This document shows positions 55,144 through 63,803 of a stretch of 64,000 bases of DNA, in pieces. Made by a program: the position numbers and the translations under genes. The stretch spans positions 2,088-66,087 of the forward strand of contig CAZXMW010000006.1 of the NCBI GenBank assembly GCA_964641415.1, given 5' to 3'. Below the pieces are notes generated by a model that did no database searches, was not told the origin of the DNA, and saw nothing but the letters and a program-made list of their open reading frames with translations. Source of the stretch: an uncultured Thermoanaerobaculia bacterium. GTDB lineage: Bacteria > Acidobacteriota > Thermoanaerobaculia > Thermoanaerobaculales > Sulfomarinibacteraceae. Position 1 is the first letter of the stretch. Every line of letters starts with the position of its first letter.

Positions 55144-55704
55144 ATGACCGGAGCATCGCTGGCCGCGCGGATCATCCTGGTCGCCTTCGTCGCAGCAGCT
55201 CCGCTGATCGCGAGTACGGAGGATCTCGGCTACGAGCTCCGAAACGCGGCCCTCAGGGGCGAAACGAGCACGGTGCTCGAAGTGCTTTCCCGGGGTGCCG
55301 AGGCCGACTCCGAGACACCGGAGGGTGCCACGGCTCTGGCACTGGCGGCACAGGGCGGGTTCACCGACATCGTGCAGGTCCTGCTGGACGAGGGTGCCTC
55401 TGCGAGCCCGAGGATCAAGGCCGGGTGGACAGCGCTGATGCTCGCCGCGCAGAACGGCCATCTCGAGTGTCTCGAGCTGCTGATCGCTCGCGACGCGAAT
55501 GTCGATCTCGCCACGAGCGACGATCGAACAGCCCTAATGGTCGCGGCCCAGGCGGGCCACCTCCCCGTCGTCGAGGTGTTGCTCGCCCACGGGGCGGATG
55601 TCAACGCGCTCACCGAGCAGGGAGCCTCCGCCCTCGCGGTGGCGCAGCAGACCGGTCAACAGGACGTGGTGAAGCTGCTCGAGGGGGCCGGAGCCACGCC
55701 GTGA
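55144..55704 (+). CDS. exported ankyrin-repeat protein
   Basis: Signal MTGASLAARIILVAFVAAAPLIAS. Four or five ankyrin repeats (G.TALMLAAQNGHLECLELLIARDANVD etc.). Confidence 0.9.
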   Translation: MTGASLAARIILVAFVAAAPLIASTEDLGYELRNAALRGETSTVLEVLSRGAEADSETPEGATALALAAQGGFTDIVQVLLDEGASASPRIKAGWTALMLAAQNGHLECLELLIARDANVDLATSDDRTALMVAAQAGHLPVVEVLLAHGADVNALTEQGASALAVAQQTGQQDVVKLLEGAGATP

Positions 55705-55769
55705 CCTTGACAACGGAACCCCACCACCTCAGAACGCAACGGAACGGTGACTGAGCGAAAGGAGACGTC

Positions 55770-56249
55770 ATGAGTGATACGACGGGCTCGGCGTACACGG
55801 ATCCGTCAAGCGTGCAACCCGAGACGAGACGCCCCTGGCTGCGTTGGGTGCTTCTCGGATGCGGAGGTGCAGTCGCCCTGCTGGCGATCCTGGTGGTCGT
55901 GATCCTGTTGTTCGTCAAGCAGGCCACCGCCGCGCCCGAGGAGGTGGTGCAGACCTTCCTCACCGAGGCCGCCGCCGGCAACCTCGAGGCCGCGCACGAC
56001 TGCTTCTCGGCGCCGCTCAAGGAGGTGCAGCCCTACGACCGGTTCGCTGCCGGGGTCAACGCGAACAAGCACCTGTTCGACGTCGCCGACACCTCGTTCA
56101 CCAACCGGTCCGTGGACATGGCCGGAGCCGAGTTCGAGGGGACCGTGACCCTCAGGAGTGGAACGAAGGTTCCCTGCTCCTTCAAGCTGGTGCGTGAGAA
56201 CGAGGACTGGAAGCTGATCGCGTACAACATCGGCAGCGGAGACGATTGA
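55770..56249 (+). CDS. membrane-anchored small protein, NTF2-like/DUF4864-like C-terminal domain
   Basis: TM WLRWVLLGCGGAVALLAILVVVILLF, then VVQTFLTEAAAGNLEAAHDCFSAPLKE...FKLVRENEDWKLIAYNIG. Confidence 0.7.
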   Translation: MSDTTGSAYTDPSSVQPETRRPWLRWVLLGCGGAVALLAILVVVILLFVKQATAAPEEVVQTFLTEAAAGNLEAAHDCFSAPLKEVQPYDRFAAGVNANKHLFDVADTSFTNRSVDMAGAEFEGTVTLRSGTKVPCSFKLVRENEDWKLIAYNIGSGDD

Positions 56250-56642
56250 TCAGGCTCACGTGCGGCGGTTTCACGCCAATCTCGCCGTTCTAGTTCACTC
56301 GTCGACGGGAAAGGTCCATCTCGACTGACTGGAACAGGGTCCCGTCAGGGCAGCCCCACAGCCCGCTGTCCCCGGTCGGTGAGCGGTGGACGACGCCTTT
56401 GAACGTCCCGTGGATCCTCTCCATCCCGTGATCGTCCTTCTCGTAGGTTCCGGCGAACGGAACCTCGCCGAGGAGTACCTGCTCGTTGCTCGCGCGCCCT
56501 GCGCGCGGCGACTCACACGCCGCCAGCGGGTGGCCGTAGGCCGTCCTTCCCCTTCTCCGGTCGGGCTCCGCCCTCCCTGCGACCCCCTCGGCCACGGCCA
56601 CGTGCCGCTGCCGACGGTGAGTGCTCGGGCAAGACCCGGGAG

Positions 56643-56838
56643 CTGTGCCCGTCGTGCGCGGCGAAGCGGTCGGCCGCGACGGAGAGAAAAACCGGTTGCG
56701 CCCGCGTGGGTGCCGGGCTCCAACTTTGTACGCCGCGAACAAAGTTGTGTGCCTGGCATCCCCTTCCATCGCGATGCGAAACAAGCGGCTATGGGCGTGG
56801 TACCTTCGGGCTGGGTGAAAGGAAATTCCTATCGGAGC
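56643..56838 (+). repeat. repeat family D, copy 2 (196 bp)
   Basis: See copy 1. Homology starts at CTGTGCCCGTCGTGCG and ends at ...TTCCTATCGGAGC. The flanks are unrelated. Confidence 0.85.
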
Positions 56839-56851
56839 CTGGGGCGCGGAC

Positions 56852-57013
56852 GTGATCCTGGCGGCTCCCTCGCTGGCAGAGGCGTCGGTGCTGGTGCGCT
56901 ACGTTCTCGGTGCGAGGGCCTCCGGAGAGATTCCCGACGTGAAGGCGCTCGCCGCGGGCGCGGGCCTCACGGGCCCCGAGGAGCCGTGGCAACGTCTCGC
57001 CATCCCCAACTGA
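56852..57013 (+). CDS. possible small ORF (53 aa) upstream of the sulfite-reductase-like gene
   Basis: Below the ORF-track size cutoff. GTG start. Sequence: VILAAPSLAEASVLVRYVLGARASGEIPDVKALAAGAGLTGPEEPWQRLAIPN. Third-codon positions are mostly G/C, as in real genes of this window. No strong RBS and no family recognised. Confidence 0.3.
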   Translation: MILAAPSLAEASVLVRYVLGARASGEIPDVKALAAGAGLTGPEEPWQRLAIPN

Positions 57014-57049
57014 CGAACCCGAGGACGCGAACCGACGGAGGAGACCATC

Positions 57050-57703
57050 ATGGAAGAAAACCTCTACGGCGCCATCCTGCAGCGCGATGAGGCCACCTAC
57101 GCCATCGTCCCCCGCACGCCCGTGGGACTCGTGACGCCGGAGCATCTCGAGAACATCGCGGCCGTCGCGCGCAAGTACCAGGTCCCCGTGATCAAGATCA
57201 CCTCCGGCCAGCGCTTCGCTCTCGTCGGCATCCGCCCCGAGGACCTCGAGCAGGTCTGGAAGGACCTCGGCATGGACATCGGCCGCGCCGTCGAACTGTG
57301 CATGCACTACGTCCAGGCATGTCCCGGCACGACGGTGTGCAAGTACGGCCAACAGGACTCGCTCGGGCTCGGCATGCAGATCGAGGAGTTCTTTCTCGAC
57401 ATGGAGCTGCCCGCCAAGGTGAAGATCGGCGTCTCCGGCTGTCCCCTGTGTTGTGCCGAGAGCTTCGTTCGGGATATCGGTGTCTTCGGCAAGAAGTCCG
57501 GCTGGAGCCTGGTGGTGGGTGGCACCTCCGCCCGGCGGGTCCGCGTCGGCGACCTGATCGGCGAGAAGGTCTCGGAAGCGGACGTCATTCCACTCATCAA
57601 AAAGACACTGGAGTACTACAAGGCCAACGCCAGGCCCGGCGAGCGGATGGCGAGATTCGTCGACCGCATCGGCATCGAGGAGGTCAAGGAGGCCCTCTTT
57701 TGA
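57050..57703 (+). CDS. small nitrite/sulfite reductase-domain protein (4Fe-4S/siroheme-type, low-molecular-weight aSir-like)
   Basis: GGAGGAG RBS. Ferredoxin-like half domain (GLVTPEHLENIAAVARKYQVPVIKITSGQRFALVGI). Cys clusters CPGTTVCKYG and GCPLCCAES. Confidence 0.8.
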   Translation: MEENLYGAILQRDEATYAIVPRTPVGLVTPEHLENIAAVARKYQVPVIKITSGQRFALVGIRPEDLEQVWKDLGMDIGRAVELCMHYVQACPGTTVCKYGQQDSLGLGMQIEEFFLDMELPAKVKIGVSGCPLCCAESFVRDIGVFGKKSGWSLVVGGTSARRVRVGDLIGEKVSEADVIPLIKKTLEYYKANARPGERMARFVDRIGIEEVKEALF

Positions 57704-57706
57704 TTG

Positions 57707-57791
57707 CTCCTCGACGAGTTGAACGCAAAGCCGTCGGAAGCCTGTCGTGAACGAATCAAGATCGTCTGAATCGTCTGACCCGGCACCCGTA
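57707..57791 (+). repeat. repeat family C, copy 2 (85 bp)
   Basis: 100 percent identical over 85 bp to 60043..60127. Begins 4 nt after the stop codon of the reductase-like gene. Confidence 0.9.
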
Positions 57792-58002
57792 TGCAGTACC
57801 GGCCCGCGAGATCCTCGATCCCCGCGAGTTCAATCGCCGCCGGCGGGCGTGCCGGGTACGGCATTGTGCTCGCATCACATCCCGGCCAGGAGCGCCGTCC
57901 GCACAATGCCGATACCGGGCAACCGCCGAGCCCGAGCGCCGATCCCCGTGCACAGATCCCGCCAGCAGGCGAGGGCGGACCAGAAGGCCGGTGGCGTAGA
58001 AC

Positions 58003-58083
58003 CGTTTCCGAATCCGTATCCGTATCCGTATCCGTATCCGTATCCGTTGCCGAAGCCGCATCCGTTTCCGTATCCGGTTCCGC
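58003..58083 (-). repeat. imperfect hexanucleotide array (GGN-NNN)n, about 13 units
   Basis: Plus strand: CCGTTTCCGAATCCGTATCCGTATCCGTATCCGTATCCGTATCCGTTGCCGAAGCCGCATCCGTTTCCGTATCCGGTTCCG. The minus strand reads (GGA-TAC)n-like units, the same unit type as the array at 27928..28036. Confidence 0.85.
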
Positions 58084-58201
58084 CTGCCACGGCGGAGCTG
58101 GAAGCGAAGCCGGGTGGCCGTAGCCGTACCCTCTGTGCCAACGTGGATGAGACACTGACCCCTCGAAGAATTAGTGTAGAGGGTGGAGTCAGAGAGGAAG
58201 C

Positions 58202-58729
58202 ATGATCAAGCAAGTAGGCCCGGCCCCGGATCCTGTCCCCGGAGCGACGGAGGAGGCGGTGATCGAGCGTAGCGAGAGCACCGGCTCCGGAGGAGCGAAG
58301 GGGACAGGATCCGGCGCGCCGCTGGTCCCCCCGGTGGTCGTCGTGGCCGACCCTGAGGTTTCCGAGAAAGCCAGGAGGCGGCAATTCAGCGCCGAGTACA
58401 AGTTGCGCGTTCTTCGAGAAGCGGATGCCTGCTCGGAACCGGGCGAGATCGGTGCTTTGCTCCGTCGGGAAGGTTTGTACTCCTCGCATCTGGGCCTTTG
58501 GCGGCAACAACGGGACGACGGCACCCTCCAAGGTCTGGCGCCACGCAAACGGGGTCGAAGGACCAAAGCAGTGAATCCGCTGTCGAAAAGAGTCGCGGAG
58601 CTCGAGCGGGAGAACGAGCGTCTCAAGCGTCGGCTGAAGCAGGCGGAGACCATCATTGATGTCCAAAAAAAAGTCTCTCAGATCCTGGGGATTCCGCTGA
58701 ACGACGAGCCCGAAAGCGAGAACGAATGA
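58202..58729 (+). CDS. IS3-family transposase OrfA (HTH / leucine-zipper part)
   Basis: RRRQFSAEYKLRVLREADACSEPGEIGALLRREGLYSSHLGLWRQQR and VAELERENERLKRRLKQAE are typical of IS3/IS911-type OrfA. Confidence 0.9.
   Translation: MIKQVGPAPDPVPGATEEAVIERSESTGSGGAKGTGSGAPLVPPVVVVADPEVSEKARRRQFSAEYKLRVLREADACSEPGEIGALLRREGLYSSHLGLWRQQRDDGTLQGLAPRKRGRRTKAVNPLSKRVAELERENERLKRRLKQAETIIDVQKKVSQILGIPLNDEPESENE
58665..58672 (+). promoter_or_regulatory. programmed -1 ribosomal frameshift site (A8 slippery run)
   Basis: The CC-AAAAAAAA-GT run lies in orfA. I checked that the -1 frame is open from here (PKKSLSDPGDSAERRARKRER-MNA...) into orfB. Confidence 0.7.
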
Positions 58730-59730
58730 ACGCCATCTGTGAGGTCGCACCTGAGGTGGGTGTTCGGGCTGCATGCGGAGCCCTCGACGTGCCCCGCTCG
58801 ACCTTCTACCGGGCGCAGCAGCCGCGAGGCTGCCCTGCACCGCGGAAGACGCCGCCACGGGCGCTGAGTCGAGAGGAGCGAACCACGGTCCTTGATGTGC
58901 TGCACAGTGAGCGCTTCGTCGACAGGTCCCCCGCGGAGGCGTGGGCCACGCTGCTTGACGAGGAAACCTACCTCTGCTCGGTGCGGACCATGTATCGAGT
59001 CCTGGAGGCTCATCAGGAAGTCCGGGAACGCAGAAACCAGCTCCGCCATCCGAATTACAAGAAACCGCAGCTGCTCGCGATCGCCCCCAATCAGGTCTGG
59101 TCGTGCGATATCACCAAACTGCTCGGTCCGGCCAGGTGGACCTACTTCTACCTCTACGTGATGATGGACATCTTCAGTCGGTACACGGTCGGTTGGATGG
59201 TCGCCGAACGCGAGAGCGCTGCGCTCGCACAGCGCCTCATCGACGACACCTGCACCAAGGAAGCAATTGAACCCGGTCAGCTGGTAATTCACGCCGACCG
59301 AGGACCATCGATGACCTCAAAAACCGTGGCACATTTGATGGCCGATCTCGGTGTTACGAAAAGCCACAGCCGCCCTTACACCTCCAACGACAACCCGTTC
59401 TCTGAAAGCCAGTTCAGAACCATGAAATATTGCCCCGCGTTCCCAGGCCAGTTCGGCTGTGTTCAGGACGCCCGGGTTTTCGGCCACGATTTCTTCGACT
59501 GGTACAACTTCGAACACCGCCACGGCGGCATCGGCTACCTCACTCCCGCTGCCGTTCATTTCGGCTTGGCCGAGGTCATCACTGCGAGACGAAACCACGC
59601 CCTTCAGCAAGCCTTCTCCGCAAATCCCGAGCGTTTCGTGAAAGGGGCGCCGGCTCCACCTGTTGTCCCTTCAGCTGTCTGGATCAACCCGCCAGAAACC
59701 CACCGCCACACACAGGAGGATCTACAGTAA
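58726..59730 (+). CDS. IS3-family transposase OrfB (DDE/rve integrase core)
   Basis: WSCDITKL (D), VIHADRGPSMTS (D), NDNPFSESQFRTMKYC (E) and YNFEHRHGGIGYLTP blocks. It is in the -1 frame relative to orfA. Confidence 0.95.
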   Translation: MNAICEVAPEVGVRAACGALDVPRSTFYRAQQPRGCPAPRKTPPRALSREERTTVLDVLHSERFVDRSPAEAWATLLDEETYLCSVRTMYRVLEAHQEVRERRNQLRHPNYKKPQLLAIAPNQVWSCDITKLLGPARWTYFYLYVMMDIFSRYTVGWMVAERESAALAQRLIDDTCTKEAIEPGQLVIHADRGPSMTSKTVAHLMADLGVTKSHSRPYTSNDNPFSESQFRTMKYCPAFPGQFGCVQDARVFGHDFFDWYNFEHRHGGIGYLTPAAVHFGLAEVITARRNHALQQAFSANPERFVKGAPAPPVVPSAVWINPPETHRHTQEDLQ

Positions 59731-60028
59731 ATGCAAGCCCGCGGTGTCTCAAAGTCGTTGACACGCCCCGGCGAGGTCCGCAGAACCGCAGTTACGACAA
59801 ACAACTACGGAACTGCGGACCTGGTACCCATACGCCTCGGGATCTCCCCGGACACACTGTCCGGAAACCTCAAGGACCGGAAAACGACGAAGCTGCGTCA
59901 GATGGTGGCTACCTTTGGAATCGAACGGTGGGAGTAGCGATCCGGATTCCTCGGGAAAGCTCTCGGCAAACATCCGGACGTCGTCAGTCGCTGGGCACGA
60001 TCAAACACGGACAGGAGATCGACGAATC

Positions 60029-60127
60029 CAGAGTTTGCCGAACTCCTCGACGAGTTGAACGCAAAGCCGTCGGAAGCCTGTCGTGAACGAATCAAGATCG
60101 TCTGAATCGTCTGACCCGGCACCCGTA
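60029..60127 (+). repeat. repeat family C, copy 3 (about 99 bp)
   Basis: CAGAGTTTGCCGAACTCCTCGACGAG... Its last 85 bp are identical to copy 2. Followed by a GGCACCCGTA tandem. Confidence 0.9.
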
Positions 60128-60222
60128 GGCACCCGTACGCACCTCTTGCCGTCACGCTGGCACGACAGCGTCGGGCTTTGGTTGAACCGCAAAGACGCAA
60201 AGATCGCGACGGACTTCGCCTC

Positions 60223-60263
60223 TTGACAATCTGCGGCTCGTGATTTACTGTATTAGTTCAGTA
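60223..60263 (+). promoter_or_regulatory. candidate sigma70 promoter with overlapping inverted-repeat operator of the GntR-ABC operon
   Basis: TTGACA (60223-60228)-N17-TACTGT (60246-60251) in an AT-rich patch. The inverted repeat TACTG-N8-CAGTA (60246-60263) overlaps the -10. Lies 19 nt upstream of the GntR GTG. Confidence 0.45.
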
Positions 60264-60281
60264 GTACACTTGGAGTCGCCC

Positions 60282-60689
60282 GTGCTCGGACTTCTCGACA
60301 TCGACCCCGCCGCGGCCGCACCGATCTGGCGCCAGATCGAGGAGGGGATGCGGCGGCTGGTCGCCTCCGGCGCCCTGCCGGCCGGCACCGCGGTGCCCTC
60401 CGTGCGCGACCTGGCCCGCGAGCTGCGGGTCAACCCGGCGACGGTGTCGAAGGCCTACCAGTTGCTGGTCGCCGACGGCGCCCTCGAGGTGCGGCGCGGC
60501 GAGGGCACCTTCGTCGCCGAGCGGTCGCCGGCGGCGCTCGAGGTGGAGCGCGAGCGGCTGCTCGAGGAGGCGGCCGGGCGATTCACCGCGGCTGCCCGCG
60601 GCATGGGGGTCACGAGGAGGGACGCGATCGCTGCGATCTCGGCGGCGTGGAGGGGAATCGACGGCGCCGCCGACGGAGGAGATGGATGA
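60282..60689 (+). CDS. GntR-family transcriptional regulator, YtrA-like short subfamily
   Basis: PIWRQIEEGMRRLVASGALPAGTAVPSVRDLARELRVNPATVSKAYQLLVADGALEVRRGEGTFV winged-HTH with a short helical C-terminus. GTG 60282 start after a TGGAG RBS. Confidence 0.85.
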   Translation: MLGLLDIDPAAAAPIWRQIEEGMRRLVASGALPAGTAVPSVRDLARELRVNPATVSKAYQLLVADGALEVRRGEGTFVAERSPAALEVERERLLEEAAGRFTAAARGMGVTRRDAIAAISAAWRGIDGAADGGDG

Positions 60690-61603
60690 CAACCGCCAGC
60701 CAACCCCTGGTCGTCGACGGGCTCACCGTCCGCTACGGCCGCACCGTTGCCGTCGACGGCGTCAGCTTCTCGGTCGGGGAGGGCCAGGTCTACGCCCTGC
60801 TCGGCCGCAACGGCGCCGGCAAGTCCTCGACCATCGCCTGCCTGGCCGGCCAACGCCGGGCCGTTCGCGGCAGCTGCCGACTCCTCGGCCTCGACGCCTG
60901 GCGCCGGCGGCGCCTGGTCATGGAGCGGGTCGGGATCGTCCCCGAGACCCCCGACCTGCCGCCGGGCTCCACCGCCGTCGAGCTCGGCCGCTTCCTCGGC
61001 CGGGTTCGAAGGCGGTGGAACGCCGCCGACTACGCGGCGCGGATCGAGCGGGTGGGCGTGCCGCCGAAGCTGCCGGTGCAGAAGCTGTCCAAGGGCCAGC
61101 GCCGCCAGCTCGCCCTGGCGGCGGTGCTCGCCGCCTCACCCGAGGTGCTGATCCTCGACGACCCGACCCTGGGCCTCGACGCGGTGGTCCGCCGGACGCT
61201 GCTGGCCGAGCTCGTTGGCGAGCTCGCCGACCGCGGCAGCACCGTGCTGGTGACCACCCATGACCTGGCCGGCGTCGAGGGCATCGCCGACCGGGTGGGA
61301 ATCATGACCGGGGGCCGGCTGGTGCTCGACGAGCCCCTCGACGCCGTCAAGGCGCGCTTCCGCCGTCTGCGCTTCGTGCGCCGCCAGGATGCCTGCGACG
61401 GCGCAGTGAGGACGGCCCTCGAGCCGATGGAGCCGGCGGCGCTCCGCCTGGTCGGCCAGCGGGTCGACGCGGTGGTGGGCCGGGCCGGCGGCGCGGCCGT
61501 CGCAGCGGTGCACGAGATCGCGGTGTCCCAGGTCGAGGTCGAGCCCCTGTCCCTCGAGAAAATCTTCGTCGCCCTGTGCGGCGCCGGCGAAGGGGGTGCG
61601 TGA
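60686..61603 (+). CDS. ABC transporter ATP-binding protein
   Basis: Walker A GRNGAGKSS, signature LSKGQRRQLAL, Walker B LILDDPTLGLD. ATGA overlap with the regulator gene. Confidence 0.9.
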   Translation: MTTASQPLVVDGLTVRYGRTVAVDGVSFSVGEGQVYALLGRNGAGKSSTIACLAGQRRAVRGSCRLLGLDAWRRRRLVMERVGIVPETPDLPPGSTAVELGRFLGRVRRRWNAADYAARIERVGVPPKLPVQKLSKGQRRQLALAAVLAASPEVLILDDPTLGLDAVVRRTLLAELVGELADRGSTVLVTTHDLAGVEGIADRVGIMTGGRLVLDEPLDAVKARFRRLRFVRRQDACDGAVRTALEPMEPAALRLVGQRVDAVVGRAGGAAVAAVHEIAVSQVEVEPLSLEKIFVALCGAGEGGA

Positions 61604-63543
61604 TGCGTGCTCTTGCCGCCCTCGTCGTCCACGAGATCAACCAGCGCAAGGCCCTGCTCGCCGCTGCTCTGGTCGCGTCGCTTCTGCCTTTGCTCGCGCC
61701 TCTGCTGCCCGCCACCGGTTCCAATCCCGCCGAGGACATCCGGGAGGCGGTGCTCTGGGTGATGGTCGGCGGCCTGGTGCCGTTGTTTGCGCTCCTGCTC
61801 GGGGTCAGCTTCATCGGCCGCGACCTCGCCGAGGGCCGGCTGGGCTTCTACTACGCCCAGCCCCTGTCCGGGCCGGCGATCTGGTTCGGGAAGCTCGGTG
61901 CCGTCCTGCTCCTCGTCTGGGCCGTCGAGGTGATCATCGTGCTGCCCACGGCATCGTTGGCGTCCGATCCACTTCGGTTCTTGGTGCTTCCGAACGTGTT
62001 CGACTCCGCCGTTCCCAAGTGGTTGGCCCCGGTCCTTTCCTACGTTGCGGCGGCGGCGGTCGTCCTCGTTGCCCACGGCGTCGGCATCATCTGGCGGGCG
62101 CGTTCGGCCTGGCTGATCGTCGATGCCCTCGCGCTCATCGGTGTGACCGGTGTCGGATGGCTGGCAATCTCGCCCTTCCTTCCGCTGGTGGCGCCGACGT
62201 TGATGATCGCCTGCGGGCACTGGCTGTTTGCATGGCTCCTGGTCGCGCTCACGGCGGCGGGCGCGGTCCAGGCGGCGTCGGGTCGGGTCGATCCGGCGCG
62301 GTGCCACCGCGTCTTGTCGGCGACGTTGTGGGGCGTTCTCACCGTCAGCGTGAGCGCTCTCCTCGCGTGGTCCCTTTGGGTCCGCTCGGCGGACATCGAC
62401 GATCTCGACAGGCCCTTCGTGGTGGCGACGGGTTCGGCCGACTGGATTGTCGTGGGTGGGACCTCGTGGGGGCGGCTCGACTACTACCCGAGGTTTCTGG
62501 TCCACGTCGTCGACGGTCGAACGCTTCCGATCGGGCCGAGCTTTAACTGGTCCGGACAGGATGCCAAGCTCGCCGAGGGCGGTTCAGCCGCGCTCTGGCT
62601 CGAGCCGGAGGGGTTCCTGAGCTGGGCCGTCATGACGGCCGATCTGGCCGCAGAGCACCCGGTGGCGCGTCCGACGGGAGTCACGATCGGTGAAGAGTGG
62701 GAAGACGTCGCAATCGCCCCGGACGGCACCCGCTTCGCCGTGCTCGAGGGCAGGACCCTCGCCGTCTACCAGGGGCAGCCTGCCGAGCAACTGACAGCCG
62801 TGCGCATCGAGGAAGAGCTCAACCCGCTCGCGATTCTCTTCGACGATCGAGATCGCGTCAGAGTTCTCGCTTCCAGCCGACAGGAAGGCCCGATCGGCGA
62901 CACGAGGTGGTGGCTGCTGTGGCTCGAGGTGGCGGATCGACGCCTCGGCGATCGGGTCGAGATCGACTTGCCGTGGCGCTGGGGCCGGCGGTCGCGTGAC
63001 GGTCGAGCCGATCATTCGCTGACCCGGGTTCGCCACGGCGACACCACCCACGTCGCTATCCGCGACACAGATTCCGGGGAGCTTCTTCGAGACCTCGAGG
63101 TTCGGAGCGTGTGGAACGTCCGTCCCCTGGAGGATGGTGGCGTCTTTGTCGTCCGGGACCGCGACGAGGACAACCGCGCGGAGCTTTTCAGGGCGACCGG
63201 CGAGCTGGTCTGGACCGCCGACCTCCCCGAGGCCGGGGAGATCTTCGCCGGCCTGATCGGCGCACCGAATCTCATGTTGCTGGGTGTCATCGGTTTCGAG
63301 AGCGATGCCGCGGAGCGGACAGTGAGGTACCGTACTCTCGGGCTCGACCTCGCGACCGGATCCTGGCGTGAGCTGGCCGATGGCATGATTCCGGTCCTCG
63401 GGAGATGGGGTGTCTCGACATCGATGGGCTCATGGGCGGTGGGCTCGACTGCGAGCCGGCTCCTCGTCGACGACGATGGCATCGTTTTCCTGTGGGATCC
63501 CGAAACCGGCGAGATTCGGCAGCTGGTTCCAGTCGTGCCCTGA
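61603..63543 (+). CDS. ABC-2-type-like membrane domain fused to a ~380-aa beta-rich (propeller-like) C-terminal domain
   Basis: About 6 TM segments in the first 260 aa (…FIGRDLAEGRLGFYYAQPLSG…), then a soluble region with repeated hydrophobic-strand / Asp-Gly turns. ATG overlaps the ATPase stop (TGATG). Confidence 0.7.
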   Translation: MRALAALVVHEINQRKALLAAALVASLLPLLAPLLPATGSNPAEDIREAVLWVMVGGLVPLFALLLGVSFIGRDLAEGRLGFYYAQPLSGPAIWFGKLGAVLLLVWAVEVIIVLPTASLASDPLRFLVLPNVFDSAVPKWLAPVLSYVAAAAVVLVAHGVGIIWRARSAWLIVDALALIGVTGVGWLAISPFLPLVAPTLMIACGHWLFAWLLVALTAAGAVQAASGRVDPARCHRVLSATLWGVLTVSVSALLAWSLWVRSADIDDLDRPFVVATGSADWIVVGGTSWGRLDYYPRFLVHVVDGRTLPIGPSFNWSGQDAKLAEGGSAALWLEPEGFLSWAVMTADLAAEHPVARPTGVTIGEEWEDVAIAPDGTRFAVLEGRTLAVYQGQPAEQLTAVRIEEELNPLAILFDDRDRVRVLASSRQEGPIGDTRWWLLWLEVADRRLGDRVEIDLPWRWGRRSRDGRADHSLTRVRHGDTTHVAIRDTDSGELLRDLEVRSVWNVRPLEDGGVFVVRDRDEDNRAELFRATGELVWTADLPEAGEIFAGLIGAPNLMLLGVIGFESDAAERTVRYRTLGLDLATGSWRELADGMIPVLGRWGVSTSMGSWAVGSTASRLLVDDDGIVFLWDPETGEIRQLVPVVP

Positions 63544-63593
63544 GCGAACCGCCTCTTGCGAAGTTACGTACTTCCCAATGGAGGTGAGAGACG

Positions 63594-63800
63594 ATGTGGA
63601 CATTCATCCTGTGGCTGATTCTTCTGGTTGTGAGCTGGCCCCTGGCCCTGCTCGCCCTGGTGCTGTACCCCCTGGTGTGGTTGCTGCTGCTGCCCTTCCG
63701 GCTCCTCGGGATCACCGTCGACGCCGTCTTGAAGCTGCTGCACGCGATCCTGACCATGCCCGCGAGGCTGCTGCGGGGACCGGCGGCGGTCAAAGCGTAG
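63594..63800 (+). CDS. small hydrophobic membrane protein (68 aa)
   Basis: GGAGGTGAG RBS. Sequence: MWTFILWLILLVVSWPLALLALVLYPLVWLLLLPFRLLGITVDAVL... Confidence 0.6.
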   Translation: MWTFILWLILLVVSWPLALLALVLYPLVWLLLLPFRLLGITVDAVLKLLHAILTMPARLLRGPAAVKA

Positions 63801-63803
63801 CTA

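Larger units (their letters stand above)
58148..59751 (+). mobile_element. IS3-family insertion sequence (orfA/orfB with -1 frameshift)
   Basis: Ends TGAGACAC...GTGTCTCA (imperfect IRs, about 12 of 18 matches) lie 54 nt before orfA and 21 nt after orfB. No clear target-site duplication, so the exact ends are uncertain. Confidence 0.8.

Noticed and set aside
58143-59756. Target-site duplication for the IS3-family element
   Set aside because: The flanks (…GTGGA | … | AAGTC…) share no 3-4-bp repeat, so the insertion footprint and exact ends remain unresolved.
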